A DNA stretch of 64,000 bases from Azolla caroliniana (taxonomy: Eukaryota > Plantae > Polypodiophyta): positions 19,592,001-19,656,000 of the forward strand of contig JBHGNT010000004.1 of assembly GCA_043228905.1 (NCBI GenBank). Reading direction: 5' to 3'. The notes under the pieces are model-generated. The model did no database searches, was not told the DNA's origin, and saw nothing but the letters and a program-made list of their open reading frames with translations. The position numbers and the translations under genes are program-made. Positions 46,354 to 60,000 of the stretch are shown piece by piece (within the stretch, counting starts at the first letter, position 1; every line of letters begins with the position of its first letter).

Positions 46354-49300
46354 CGATCAACATGTCATCCACGTACAGAAGGAGTATTAGGAAGTCGCCT
46401 CCTTCGAACTTCTTCACAAACACACAGTGATCGGCCTGTGTCTTGTGGTACCCTTGATCGGTCATGAAGGAATCGAACTTCCGGTACCATTGTCGGGGAG
46501 CCTGCTTCAGTCCGTACAGGCTCTTCTTCAACCGGCATACCAGGTGCTCCTTCCCTTTCTCCACGAAACCTTCCGGGTGCTGCATGTAGATCTGCTCTTC
46601 GAGGTTGCCGTGAAGGAATGTCGTCTTCACGTCCAGCTGCTCTACCTCGAGGTCCATGCTTGCTGCTATACTCAGCACCGTCCGGATGGAGGTTATCTTT
46701 ACTACCGGGGTAAATATCTCGTCGAAGTCCACGCCCTTCTTCTACTGGAACCCCTTCACCACGATCCTGGCTTTGTATCTCGGGGTTTTGCCAGCATCTC
46801 CCGGTTTCAACTTGTACACCCACTTGTTTCGGAGTGCCCGCTTTCCTTTCGGCAACTCCACCAATTCGTACGTATGGTTCTCATGCAGGGAATCCATCTC
46901 ATCCTGCATGGCACTTAACCATTTTCGGCTATGGGTGTCTTCCTTTGCTTCTTCGAAGCTTTCCGGCTCCCCCTCATCGGTCAGTAGAACATGCTCTGCA
47001 TCCGAAAATCTCTGGGGGGCCCTTCTCTCTCTGAGCGGATATCTACGTCTTCGGGCTTCGGTAACCGGCTCCTCCATTTGCTCTTCATCCGAATCCGATT
47101 CGGGGTCTTGGCCGGTTCCGGTTTCAGCTTCCTCTACTTCTTCTACTGCCGGTTCGGTATCCTCACCGTAACCGGCTGGTTCCTCGAGTGCTAACTGGTC
47201 TCTTGCCGGTTGGGTCTGCTCATCGTAGAGTCGGTCCTTACTGGTCGACTCGGAGTTCATTATCTTCTTCTCCGACTCCCAGTCAGCGAGCGTCTTGTTC
47301 TCCATAAAGATAATATCTCGACTCCGGAATACCTTCTTGTCGACCAGGTCCCACACTCGGTAGCCGAACTCATCGTCACCATAACCGAGGAATATGCATG
47401 GCTGGGTCTTTGGATCTAGCTTTCCTCTCCGGTCCTTAGCTACATGCACGTACGCGAGACACCCGAACACCTTCAGATGCCGATAGGATACTTCCTTACC
47501 GGTCCACACTCTCTGTGGCGGTCTCCGTCCAAGGGTACTGAGGGTGATCTATTTATCACATATGTCGTCGTCGACAATGCCTCTGCCCAAAACTTCTTGG
47601 GTAGTTTTGCATGCGCTACCATACTCCGGACCCTCGCCATTATGGTCTGGTTCATCCTCTCGGCCAGTCCGTTTAGTTTCGGCGTCTTCGGCACGGTAAA
47701 TTCGAGCCGGATTCCCTTCGAGCGGCAGTACTCCTCAAACTGCCCCCGGTACTCTCCTCTGTTATCTGCTTGAACCGTCTTCAGCTTCCGGCCGGTTTCT
47801 CTTTCCACTCTCGCGTGGAGCTCTTTGAAAACGGATAGCACCTGATCCTTCGTCTTCAACGGTGTGGCCCACAGCTTCCGGCTGTGGTCATCTATGAACG
47901 TCACGAAGTACTGCGCTCCGGCATGTGACTTCGTGTCAACTTGACACACGTCCGTATGCACCAACTCCAGTGGTGCATTACGTCTCATCGGTGGCCTTGG
48001 TCGGAAGGAGGTCCGGTTCTGCTTACCAACCAGACAATCAGTGCACTTCTCCAAGTGCACGTTCTTCACTGGAATGAGGTTGTCTTCTGCAAGCCTCTTC
48101 ATCCCCTTCTCGCTCATGTGACACAGCCTCTTGTGCCATAGCTCACCGGCAGTGTCGGATGCCACGTTCACTTCCTCCGGACATAACCGGGCATTCATCA
48201 GGTACAGAGTGTTGACCTTCCGGGCCCGAGCCACAATCAGGCTCCCTTTGCTGAACTTCATGACACTGTTCCGGATGCTACCCGTGTAGCACTCATCATC
48301 TAGCCGACCGGCTGATATCAGGTTCAGTCGAACCTCCAGAATGTGTCGTACATCCTTCAGCAGCAACTTGCATCCGGTTGGTGTCGACAACCACACATCT
48401 GCTATGCCGACAATTCGGCATGTACCTTCATTCCCCATCCGGACATAGCCGTGATCACCGGCTAAGTAGGATGAGAAGCATTTCCGGTCCGGGGTAAGGT
48501 GGAACGACGCTCCAGAGTCTACCACCCAGGTCATCTCGTCGCCGGCAAGGTTTATCTCACTCTCCTCGGTGATGAGCATCAACCTCCCTGTCACTTGCCG
48601 CGATTACCGTCGTTCCCTTCCGGTCCGGCCCCTTCCGGTCTTTACCATTCCGGTCCGGGGTCCGCTTCGAATCGGTACCGTCGGTCTCCTTATCTTTCCG
48701 GAAATGCCGACAGTTCTTTTGGAAGTGTCCCGGCTTGCCGCAATAGAAGCAAGTAGGCCTCCCCCTTGACTTTGACCGTGTCCCCGACTTCTCCCGGTGC
48801 TGGGGACTACGGTTTCTATGTCTTCTGCGTTCCAATTCGGTAAGTAGCGCTTTGGAGTCGGAGCTCATATCTTTATCTTTCCGACGCGCCTCCTCATCTA
48901 GCAAGCTCGACTTTACTCTTGCTAGGGATAACCGTTTTCCTTCCAGCCCGGCGTTGCCCAAAGTGACAACCAACGTCTCCCAACTATCCGGGAGGGAACC
49001 GAGCAGGAGTAGCGCTAGTACCTCATCGGCGAGAGGTACTTCCAGTGACGTTGCCTGGTGTATCAGCCCCTGGAAGGCATTCATATGCTCCGCCATGCTG
49101 GAGCCATCTTGGTACCGGAGTCTTACTAGCTTCCGGAATACCGAGACCTGATTAACAACATTTTTGTTTTGAAACATTATGCCGATCTTCTCCCAGAGCT
49201 CATGAGCCTTGCTCTCTTCATTGAAGTTGTTGTACAGGCTCATGTCGATGAAGCAGCATATGTACGCCGTTGTCTTCATATGCATCACCTCCCATATCGT

Positions 49301-52300
49301 GGCGTCGATTTTGTCTGGTCTCTTGTCCCCGAACTGAACCGGCAGCCAAAGGTCTTTAACCACGAGCATGTCCCTCATCTTCGACTTCCACACTGAATAG
49401 TTGAAGCCGGTGAGCTTGAACATGCCGCCAAACGATTCGTCCATTTTCTGTGTTGATTTCGCTCTGATACCACTTGACGGGAACTGAAACGCTCCTTATG
49501 CGCGACACTCGGCCACAACCGAGCTTAGAATGATACACAAAAAAACGGGAAATAAAACACGACACAAAGAAGAAGAAGATACACAGGAGGTTTACGTGGA
49601 AAAACCCCAAACTAGGGGAAAAAAACCACGGCAGCCCACAGGCTGCAAACTGTCACTATGTAAGAATGTACAACAGTGAGTTCACTGAGGCAACGACCTC
49701 GTGCTCACAGATCTTCGCCACAGGCGGCGGTTACAATAGAGGCAACAACCTCTTTCTCTCTCTCTCTCTGTATAGTTACGCACACTGATCTCGTGCAAAA
49801 CAGAATTGACAACAACACAAACTAAAGTTTGCCCTAAGTCATATTTATACTAATATGACTTTTCGGCTATTTACAAATATAGCCTCGGTGGACTATCAGA
49901 AAACATATTTACGAATATGTCTCTTCATCCGGTTCTCCGTAGCCGAGTACTCCTCATCCGGTTCATACCGGGTCTACACCATCCGGCTCTCCGTAGCCGG
50001 GTACTCCTCATCCGGTTCATACCGGGTCTGCACCATCCGACTCTCCGTAGCCGGGTACTCCTCATCCGGTTTCGGCCTCGGCCGAGTTTGTTCATCGGCA
50101 CTGTTCTTATCCCTTCCCGTCCGGAGGGACCTGTCTCCCAACACCATTTCATAGAAGCTTACTAATAACCTTAGCCTATTCAAACACGAAAAGGACAATC
50201 CCATTTCATAGAGTCTTACTCTCTTGCATTTGTAAAACCATTAATATATATTGCATCCCAATCGATTCCAAATAGAAAATTCCAAATAGAAAACTTTTGT
50301 GTGCATTGCATTGTCTCCTTTTCACCTATTCAATTCTTGTGTTCCACTTAAAGGTTTATCTTTTGTGAAGCGATCAGTAAAAATAAGGTTTTAAGAAGCC
50401 CTTCAATTGAACTCATGTGCTATGGTTACGTATTTATGATTTATCCTCCTTGCCACACACAATATTGCCATAAAAATTGAATCTGTGTGTTCCTTATGAA
50501 TCAAATGCACCATTCTTCTATTTGATTCTATCATTATGTATACCCCCACCCTTGTAAAAGATCAATAACATTTACAAAAGTGCTTTAATCAACCTTTGCA
50601 TTGAGCCCATAGGCTATGGTTACAGATTTATAAATGACCGCCTCCCCTCTCGTGGATATTAAAAACCCAAAGTGTTCCCATAATATTTATTTTGTCTTCC
50701 TTATGCACGCCCGAGAGATTTTACATGTCAAGTACTTGAATGACACATTCTAACGTCAAATACAAAAGAAAAAATGCAACAGTGCATGTGCATTTTTCTA
50801 CTTCATCTATTTAGTCAATCTCAATTGTCTTTTGGAAAGTAATTCAGTATCGGAATGAGAGAAAAGGACACAGAACAACTTATCAAAAGTGACCATTGGA
50901 ATGTCTATTTTAGGACATGTGAAATAAAACGGGCACATGAAATCCCAAGTGCTATTATACAGTATACTTTCGTATACCCATTGTAGATTTGAACTTATTG
51001 AATAACAAGTCGCAGGTATATATGCAAAGAATTTGTGGGCTTTTTCGATATCCAATGGCTTAAATAGGGGCGTTGAAATCGTTCCTAATTCTAGAACATA
51101 AAAAATGTAGAGTATGAAACAACTTATTAAACATGTCTATTAGAATGTTTTCTCAAAAGAAGAAAGGGAAATGGAAGGCATGATATGCTTAGCACTATAC
51201 TTAGAAATAAAGATAGAATACTCGGTTACACACCATTAATTATATTGATTGAATCCAAAAAGTTTCGGAACATTTATAAGGTATTCCAAATCATTTGCTT
51301 GTTCATAAATTACATAAGCCAAGCCAATTCAATGCAAAACAAAATAGAAATAAAAAGAACCATATTGATTCACAACATTTGTTCTTGTCAAATCTTGGTC
51401 CAAATTTAAGTAGTTTCATGTGGACAAGATCTCACGAACTTCAAGTTATTGCAATGAACACATTACCATGGGCTTTAGTTCCATTTATGTATATCATTAT
51501 GTATATTGCAACTCAATTATACCCATTAATTAAATCGGTTTAATGGGTTTAATTTAGGGACAACACCTCATGTTCATAAGTCTCATTAGGAAAAATCAGT
51601 AAGGAAGAGGCGTTTCTGTCAAGTATTTTATAATCGTGTTATGCGAGTTGATTATTTTGGTATCGGAGCTTTTGCTCACAAAAGTTTATCCCTTGATAAC
51701 TTCTTGAATCTATTGCATGTTTGCTCTCTTATATTTTGTGAAATAATCACATACACATTATGTCCAATGTGGTATTACTTGTGATGTATATTTTTGTTTG
51801 AAATGATTGCCATATTCACCCCTTGCATTTATTATCATTGGTCCTTTTTTTCAAGATCACTACCTAAATTCCGTGTTTGCTACATTAAAACATAGGAGTC
51901 AACTAATTTATGTACTTATCACATACTACATTGTAGTATTAAAAAATGTCAATATAAGCCAGCTGCCCATACAATCCATCGTTTCCATCCTAACATAGGT
52001 CCATCCCTTTGAATAACCTTGTTTTCAGGATAAACATACCCTCACATTGAGAACGATTAGTTGTGATTAGTTTACAATGTGTTTAGAAAGGGAATTATAT
52101 ATGTTGAAATAATCGATAAGTGGGAGGAAATCAAAATGTTACTACAATAAACACCATGTTAGAAGTAGAGGTACTACAAAAGTCATAATATAGAGATCCA
52201 TCCACATAAAACATCCTCCTGGACTAGGCTATTTAAGATATCCACAAGCTTTTCGATGTATTCAAAGATTTTGGTTTTCTCATGGATTAGTTATTGTGAT

Positions 52301-52877
52301 CCTCCGTAGGAGGTGAGAGGTGGGTTTATCATTTCGGCATTAAAATATACACAAATAAAAAATGATGCAAAATATAATTTTTAAAGGAGGTATCCTATAT
52401 AGAATCTCCATAATGATTAAGAGGTTATACCAACTTTCAATAGATTATCATAAATTGAACAAAAAATGGAGGATGACTACAAACTATCATTTATTTGAAA
52501 TTTTGTAAGTGTCACTAGCAACTCACTTATTTATGCAAGAGAATGGTTTATGATCAATGTAACGACACGATCCTTTAAATAAGGGTCTCTAATAAACTAG
52601 ACATTTCAAATATAATGGTGTGTATATCATAATCACTCGCACTCCCAACTTAGTCAATTACCTTTGAGATATTGTTGGCATATAGCATATACCGATTTTT
52701 TTAATTGCATAATAGTATGCTATGTTGTTGTTTTAAACGTGGACATTTTAATTTCTTAATTGGAATTTGTTTTATTTATATTTACTTGAAAAGATTGATC
52801 ATTTAGGTGGTGCCACAAAGACATGCATCATGATTCATGACTATGAAACCAAATCAATATAGTTAGTGGGACGATCA

Positions 52878-52992
52878 TATACATATACATACATACACAC
52901 ACACACATACATACATACATACATACATACATACATACATACATACATACATACATACATACACACATATATATACATACATACATGCGAGG

Positions 52993-53028
<36 letters not shown>

Positions 53029-53415
53029 GTTCATATGCACGAAAAGTTCCAATAAATTAATGATTATATTATTGTAGTTTTAGGATCCCAAAGTTTATAG
53101 AGAATGTTAATATGTATGTGTGTATATATAATATGTATGTATGTACATATCGAGATACATACTTACATACATACATACATGCATGCATGCATACACACAC
53201 ACACACACACACACATATGTGTGTGTGTGATAGAGAGAGCGATGAAAGATATACTAACGTCTTCTAAGAACAAAATTGGCCAATGCAACAATTGGTTTAC
53301 AACAAAGATGGGGTATTTACCCATTCATCGAAAGGAAAAGAAAAAGAAAAAGAACTTAAGCTAAAGAGTTCTAGTAAAAAAACACATGTTCGATGGCTTT
53401 ATACTAGACCTAGTT

Positions 53416-53474
<59 letters not shown>

Positions 53475-53640
53475 ACATTTTCTAAGGCCAAAATTGGTCC
53501 ATGAGACAATTGGCTTACAACAAAGATGGGGTATTTACCCATTCATCGAAAGGAAAAGAAAAAGAAAAAGAACTTAAGCAAAAAACACATGTTCGAGGCT
53601 TTATACTAGACCTAGTTTGAGAGAGAGAGAGAGAGAGTGC
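52878..53640. repeat. Microsatellite cluster ((TACA)n, (GA)n, (CA)n) with a ~170-210-bp local tandem duplication
   Basis: About 53255-53470 is repeated at about 53472-53637. About 53010-53110 is also similar to about 53815-53910. Confidence 0.85.
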
Positions 53641-53645
53641 CCAAA

Positions 53646-53792
53646 TGGATGTAGCTTAGTTGGTAAGGTTGCCCAATGGAGACCAGGTGGTCATGGGTTC
53701 AACCCCTACATTCCACAATGGCTTCACTCTTCGGTTTCGAACCCAAGACACAATGCTTGTAGTGTTAACAACTTACCATTAGGGTAAGCTAA
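53646..53792. other. Two convergent degenerate tRNA-like (SINE-head-like) sequences
   Basis: Plus strand: TAGCTTAGTTGG (53652) and GGTTCAACCCC (53696). Minus strand: TACCCTAATGGTAAG ... GGGTTCGAAACC (about 53787-53733). Confidence 0.55.
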
Positions 53793-54539
53793 TTACGATA
53801 AAAAAAAAACAGAGAGCGAGAGATTGATTAATTTTGTTCATGTGCATGAAAAGTTACTAATAATTATATTATTGTAGTTTTAGGGTCCCAATGTTTATAG
53901 GGAATGTTATTGTTACCTCCCTTGCTCTAATAAAGAGATGGCTAATGTTTGGTTAATGTTTAAGATGCAATTTGATCAAGATATATTTGACTTGACCATC
54001 GAAGTTACTTGTGTTTCGTTGACAAATACTTCATTGTGTCATTTATTGAAGTAAGGTAGAATATGCATGTTTGCAACAATTGCAACTTATTGTGACTTTG
54101 AGTTTCCTTTATAAAAATTAGATTTGTCAATAACTTGCATGAATTCAATGGTTTCATGGAATTGTCTTCGAGTGAATAATTAGACAAACCCATGTCCTGA
54201 AAGCTTGTTAGGAGACTTTGAACATAATTTGCTCTTGATGTGTCATCACCAATCATACATGATCATGACATATTCTAAACAATAGTACAATAATCTATAT
54301 ATTATCAATTATCCATGTTTGACATGTATTGGAACATAAAGTGATTAATGATGTAGACTTCCAAGTGTGATTTTAATTATTATATTAGATACGTGCAAAG
54401 GAATGGAATTTGCTGAATGTACAAACCAACAACTACTTCTATTTAAAAGTAGTGATTGACTTTATATATTTGTATATATACATACAGACATACATGCTAC
54501 TTGCATTTTCAACACCACGACTAGTCAATCATTATATGC

Positions 54540-55130
54540 TAAGATCAATTGGTGGAAAATATATCCTTCCAAATGCGTCACAATAACTTGATTTGATTTT
54601 GATATTCTTTGGTCTAATTGATCGAGTTTGGTCGACATCTACTTTAATAGTTTCTTAAAAAATATGTTATTCAAAGACATGTTCTCCATTAGTTTTTTCT
54701 TCTTGGCTTATCCTTTATCTCAAGGGTTGATCAATGGAAAAACTCTAGAGCTCTTTGCAAAATCTAGTTGGTAAGATGTCAAATCAACAACCTCTGAATT
54801 TGGATCCCTCAACACTCTTGGCACGAGTTGATGCAAACTTTTTGCCAACCATGAGATATGATATTAATTCTCCACACAACTAGTTCAATATATCGCCATC
54901 CCTATGCACAAACTCACACTATGCATTGAACCCCACTTAGCATGGTGACACATTAACACGTGAACCAACATTAGCGTGTTAGCCATAGCGCAATCAAAAT
55001 TATATAGTTGTATACACATGTAAACGACCTCCAAATGAAGCTCAACCTTTTTCAACAGGTTACATAACTACGATTGGATGAGACCACACGAGGTACATAA
55101 TGTGAACTATGTAAATATTCAAACTTGAAA
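54540..55130 (+). pseudogene. Possible highly decayed hAT-type transposase remnant
   Basis: Only weak motif traces: C...LDLIL near 54575-54600 and PMHxL-(frameshift)-YALNP near 54900-54935. Confidence 0.25.
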
Positions 55131-57087
55131 TTGACTGTGTGACCTAAACTTCTAGTGTCAAACCTCACAATAGATTTCAAAATTAAGACTTGCATGGATC
55201 ACTTACGAAATCTTCTCCTTGCCAATCCACGGGAACTTATGATTGAGTTGGCTATACTAGAGATAGAAAACTTGATATTTATTGTTACAATATAGTCATT
55301 ATTATGTATTTTCAATGAGGAAGATATATCAAATATTCTAAATAATAAACATGATAATCCATATGGAGCTTATGGACAGAAAATATCATTCCTCTCCTTC
55401 ACCTTTTTGAAGCCAACTCAAGCTCATTTTATTTATAGCAATTAAACTAATAAGGGAATATATATATATTAGAAAATGTGACACTAAATCTCCATAACTT
55501 AATAAAAGAGTTTACTTTTCCTAGATCAACCTTTGTTGTGAAATCACGACTACTTCCCATTTTCTAAGACAACAAACAATTGCATGAGTAATTATATGTA
55601 CATTTATGTGTGGGTGCACTCACATGCATTTTCATAATGTAGAATACTATGAAGGTGAGGTGCAATTGAAGAACCATTACATAGAACCATCTTATAGTAG
55701 CTTCATTAATAGATAATTGTAAAGGATAAATAGTGTACATAAGGGACACTTAGATGAATATTTGTTCTATCCACTTCGTAATACATTTTACTGCGTACTG
55801 CATTTTAATTTATTCAAAATGGAACACATTCGCTAATTTGGGTCTTTGTTGATCTTAGTCAATGAGGGTGTTTAAGAAATTTGATCAATGAATCATTGCA
55901 TGAATTTTATGTGTGCAAATAATTTCCAATTTGGCTCAAAATAGAATATAGTTCATTTTGGGTTTCAATTGATTTCCATTTGAAGCCTTGTAGTGGTTTA
56001 TGCTTATGTCCTTTCTCCTAAATAAATAAAAGAATCTTCTAAATATTTCTATCAAACATTAGATGGTTAATGCATTCTCTTGTACTTGATGTTAATGATT
56101 TTCTTTCCAGAACTTAGCAAACCTTAGCTGGTCGATGTGTTCTGTTGTATTTTGATAAGTACACACTAGTTCCTTATTTTTTGGAGTTCATAGTCATGCC
56201 AAGACTAATTCTCCTTATTTTTTGGAGTAATGATGTCTAGTCTAATATAAACAGAATGGCAGACACAGAATTAAGTTGTAATTTATGCAATTCTTTGTTA
56301 GATTACGTATTTTGATCGCATTTATAGTAAATAAATAAATATTTCCTCTTTTTTCCTTTTTTTCTTCTCTTTTTTTTTCTTTTTCTTCTTTCTTCTTTTT
56401 TAAGCGTATAGCCTAATATCTATGTATCTCATTTAAGAACCACTTTACAAGACATGTCATTTTTTTACACAGCTTTGAAAAGACATCTCCTCTTTAATAG
56501 CATTCATAAGGAGAGGCAAATTCCTGATGAAAATGTAATTTATATGCCTTCCCAAACCAATATGTTTGTGATATATTTGCAGTTATTCAGTAAAACTTAA
56601 CAAACTAGCTGAATATTAACGAGAAAGCCGCAACGCTTTATTCTTCTGTGTCTTTTTTCATTACATAAAACACCATAAGAGAAATATTCACCTCTTATAA
56701 TTCTATTACCAGAATCAGGTTAAGGATAATCCAAGAATAAATACACCAATTATGATGTCAAGCGCTCTGAATCAATCATTTTTCGCATATGAATAAGGAA
56801 AATATATAGCCAACATATACCATCAAAATCAGATAATGTACTAAGTACTAACTATTCCATAAAAGCATTAGTAACCATATGGCAATGTTGCCAATTTGTT
56901 TTCCGAATTATACAACATGAATTAAGTCAATTTAGGACTTCACTTACATAGTGGTTTTATAGTTGATTGACATGTTAATGACGTTGAACAGGTCAGACGC
57001 TACTTACTTATTATGTAATAGCTAGAGAATTTTTTTTTGGTGAATTCCTACCTAATTAGATAATTGAAAAGATTAAGTGTGTACAAA

Positions 57088-60000
57088 TCACCAAGGCCTG
57101 TCAATGGTGTTGCCACGCAAACGTCTTGCAAGCTGCATATCTTTAGGCACTGGATTAAAAAAGAAGAAGAGATTCTTTATATAAATTTTAACTTGGAAAT
57201 GTTTCACATTATGAAGTACTTGAAAATCCCTAAACAGTTTTAAAATTTTCATATTATGAACTAATTCTTATCTTTCACATGTAACTAAAGGGCTTGAACT
57301 TACAAAAAGGGCACATCCAAGAATGGAAAAGTTTCAGGTATGTGTATCAGATAAAATGTCAATTGAGAACCTAACTCGAGGAGTGCAACCTGTGATGCAT
57401 AAAAGGTCTACCTCTCTACATGTATCTTTCGCAATGCCCATGTGTTATTACACATCAGGGAAAAGAAGCAACGAAAGAAAAAGAGAGTGGTCACACCTCA
57501 GTCGTGGCATACTGGCCTATGAGACCCCAAACTATTAGAATCATAACATTATGTGATTCCTCATCAATAGACAAGAAAATCTCGTTGGTCATATAGTTTC
57601 TTAAACCCCCAGCTACTTTGGAGATCCTTTCTAGTTTTAGTACTATCCAGGTTTTATATTAGTTGTGCCTTTTACTATAGTGATCAGGAGACACGGTGCT
57701 TTCCAGTTCTGTAAATTTTATGTAAAATATCACACAATACCTTTCAGGATATTAATGAAGATTCAGGATAGTAATAATAGAAGTGACTAAAGAATCCCAT
57801 TATCCTTACATGTAAAAGATTCTCAAGTTAGGTAGTAACTTTTATCTTGAAAAGATCTCTAGCATATGTTGATCTAGAATGGAAAGATCTCTAGAGGTAA
57901 GACATTGTGATGGCAAGAGATAATAGCCTTTATCTGTCAATGACAAGGATGGCAAGATCAGGGTCACAAGGCCAAGGTCTATGTGCATAACAAATTGCTA
58001 ATTTTGATCAATTGAAATTGTTTTGTTGTCTCCTGTATGCGAGCCCACTTGTGTAGCCCTTGGTTGACTTGTAGCATGAACGGGAATAGTGGAGCTAAAG
58101 AAAGTTGTGATTGTCCTTAGTTAATGAGCTTGTGTGGTTGTATTATCGAATTGTTGTCTTTCAGCAACTTCCCCTGCAATAGATGTATATCCATATAAGA
58201 GTGTATGGCAATGAATCCATCCTCTGATATACGTAAAAACTGTGCCTTATAGTGGGCCATCTTCCTACATTCTTTTGTCCTTCAATTTGAAATATCAGTT
58301 TGAACCACTCTATCCTTTTCCACTTTGGTCATGTTTAGATGGGGACAATCCAAAAGCTGTGTATTGGACTGGGGTAGTGCATTTATGCTTATGCCATGTG
58401 ACTTGAACCTAAAGAAAAATGAGAAGGCAGTAATATACATTGGTATGTCACAACTGGAGGGAGAAAATACAGAGATCGCTTATTTTTACATGAGGAGAAA
58501 GTTCCTCTTTATAAAGGCCAAGATATGGCTGTTGGGCTAACTACCTGTTGGGCTACCCATTATAACTTTTAAACATTCTCAACACTCCCCCTCAAGATGG
58601 GTGAAAAAAATACACTAAGCCCATCTTGTCACACAATCTAGTAAGACTTACTGGCCCAAGTCCCTTTGTAAGAAAATCTGCTACTTGATGTTCGGTAGAA
58701 ACATGACTCAATTTTAATATTCCATTATCAACCTTTTCCTTGATAAAGAATCTGTTGATTTCGATGTGCTTGGTCCTATCGTACTGTACCGGATTGCTGG
58801 CAATGCTGATTGCTGACTTATTGCCAGACCACAACATCATCTAATTTTCTTGATTCACCTTTAGTTCTACTAGGAGAGTTCTCAGCCATAACATCTCTGC
58901 AACTCCTATAGCAATAGCTCTATACTCTGCTTCAACTGTTGACCTTGCTACTACTGACTGTTTCTTACTCTTCCAAGAGACCAGATTGCCCCCAACAAAC
59001 ATGTAGTATACTGATGTGGATTTCCTATCATCAACACAACTGGCCCAATCAGAATCACAATAGCCCTCAATGTTAAAATGACCATGTTTTCTAAAGATTA
59101 ATCCATTCCCTGGGGCACCTTTGAGATATCTCAGAATATGGTACACTGCATCCATATGATCTTTCCTCGGATCATGCATGTAGTGACTTACCACACTTAC
59201 TGCAAAGGAAATATCTAGACGGGTGTGAGTCAAATAAATCAGCCGACCTACCAATCTTTGATACCTTTCACGATCAACTTTCTCTCTTGCAAGTTCAGTT
59301 AGCTTGATCTTTTGGTTGATTGGAGAAGCTAGGGGCCTACAACCCAACATTCCAGTTTCTGTGCGAAGATCTAATACATATTTTCGCTGACATAGAACAA
59401 CTCCTGCTCCACGAGCTACCTCAATTCCAAGAAAGTATCGTAGCAATCCTAGATCCTTCACCTCAAACTCTTTCCCCAATTGCACCTTCAGTTGGGCAAT
59501 TTCCCCTTCATCGTTACCTGTGATAATTATATCGTCCACATACACAGCAAGTAATGTAGTATGCTCCTTGTGTTGTCGAAAAAACATTGTATGGTCTGCA
59601 TTTGTCTGTTGATATCCCATACCCACCATAGCCCTTCTTAACCTGTTGAACCAGGTTTGCGGAGATTGCTTCAGTCCATCAGGCGACTTCCTTAATATGC
59701 AAACCTTACCTATTGTTTGAATTGTACCAAAACTTGGGGGGACATCCATGTATACTTCCTCCATCAACTCTCCATAAAGGAATGCATTTTTTACATCTAA
59801 TTGATGTAATTTCCAATTATTCAATGCTAAGAAAATAAGCGTTCTAACAGTGCTCATCTTCACCACAGGTGCAAAAGTCTCATCGTAGTCAATGCCATAT
59901 GTCTGACTATATCCTTTAGTCTCATCTATTTTTCGCTCTAGGGTCTGTTTTATTGTAAACACCCATTTTCACCCAACCGCCTTCTTTCTTGGTGGTAGTG

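Larger units (their letters stand above)
39220..50143 (-). mobile_element. Full-length but disabled Tork-like copia, interrupted by a nested copia
   Basis: LTRs 49475-50143 and 39220-39886; TSD CCATT; PBS 49461-49472; PPT near 39889-39898. Gag-pol 49444-39897 is broken by frameshifts (about 48590 and 47510), stops (about 46742 and 40306) and the insertion just after YVDDMLI. Confidence 0.96.

Noticed and set aside
50200-57000. Short ORFs in the AT-rich intergenic region
   Set aside because: No motifs or consistent splice structure found; several are microsatellite translations.
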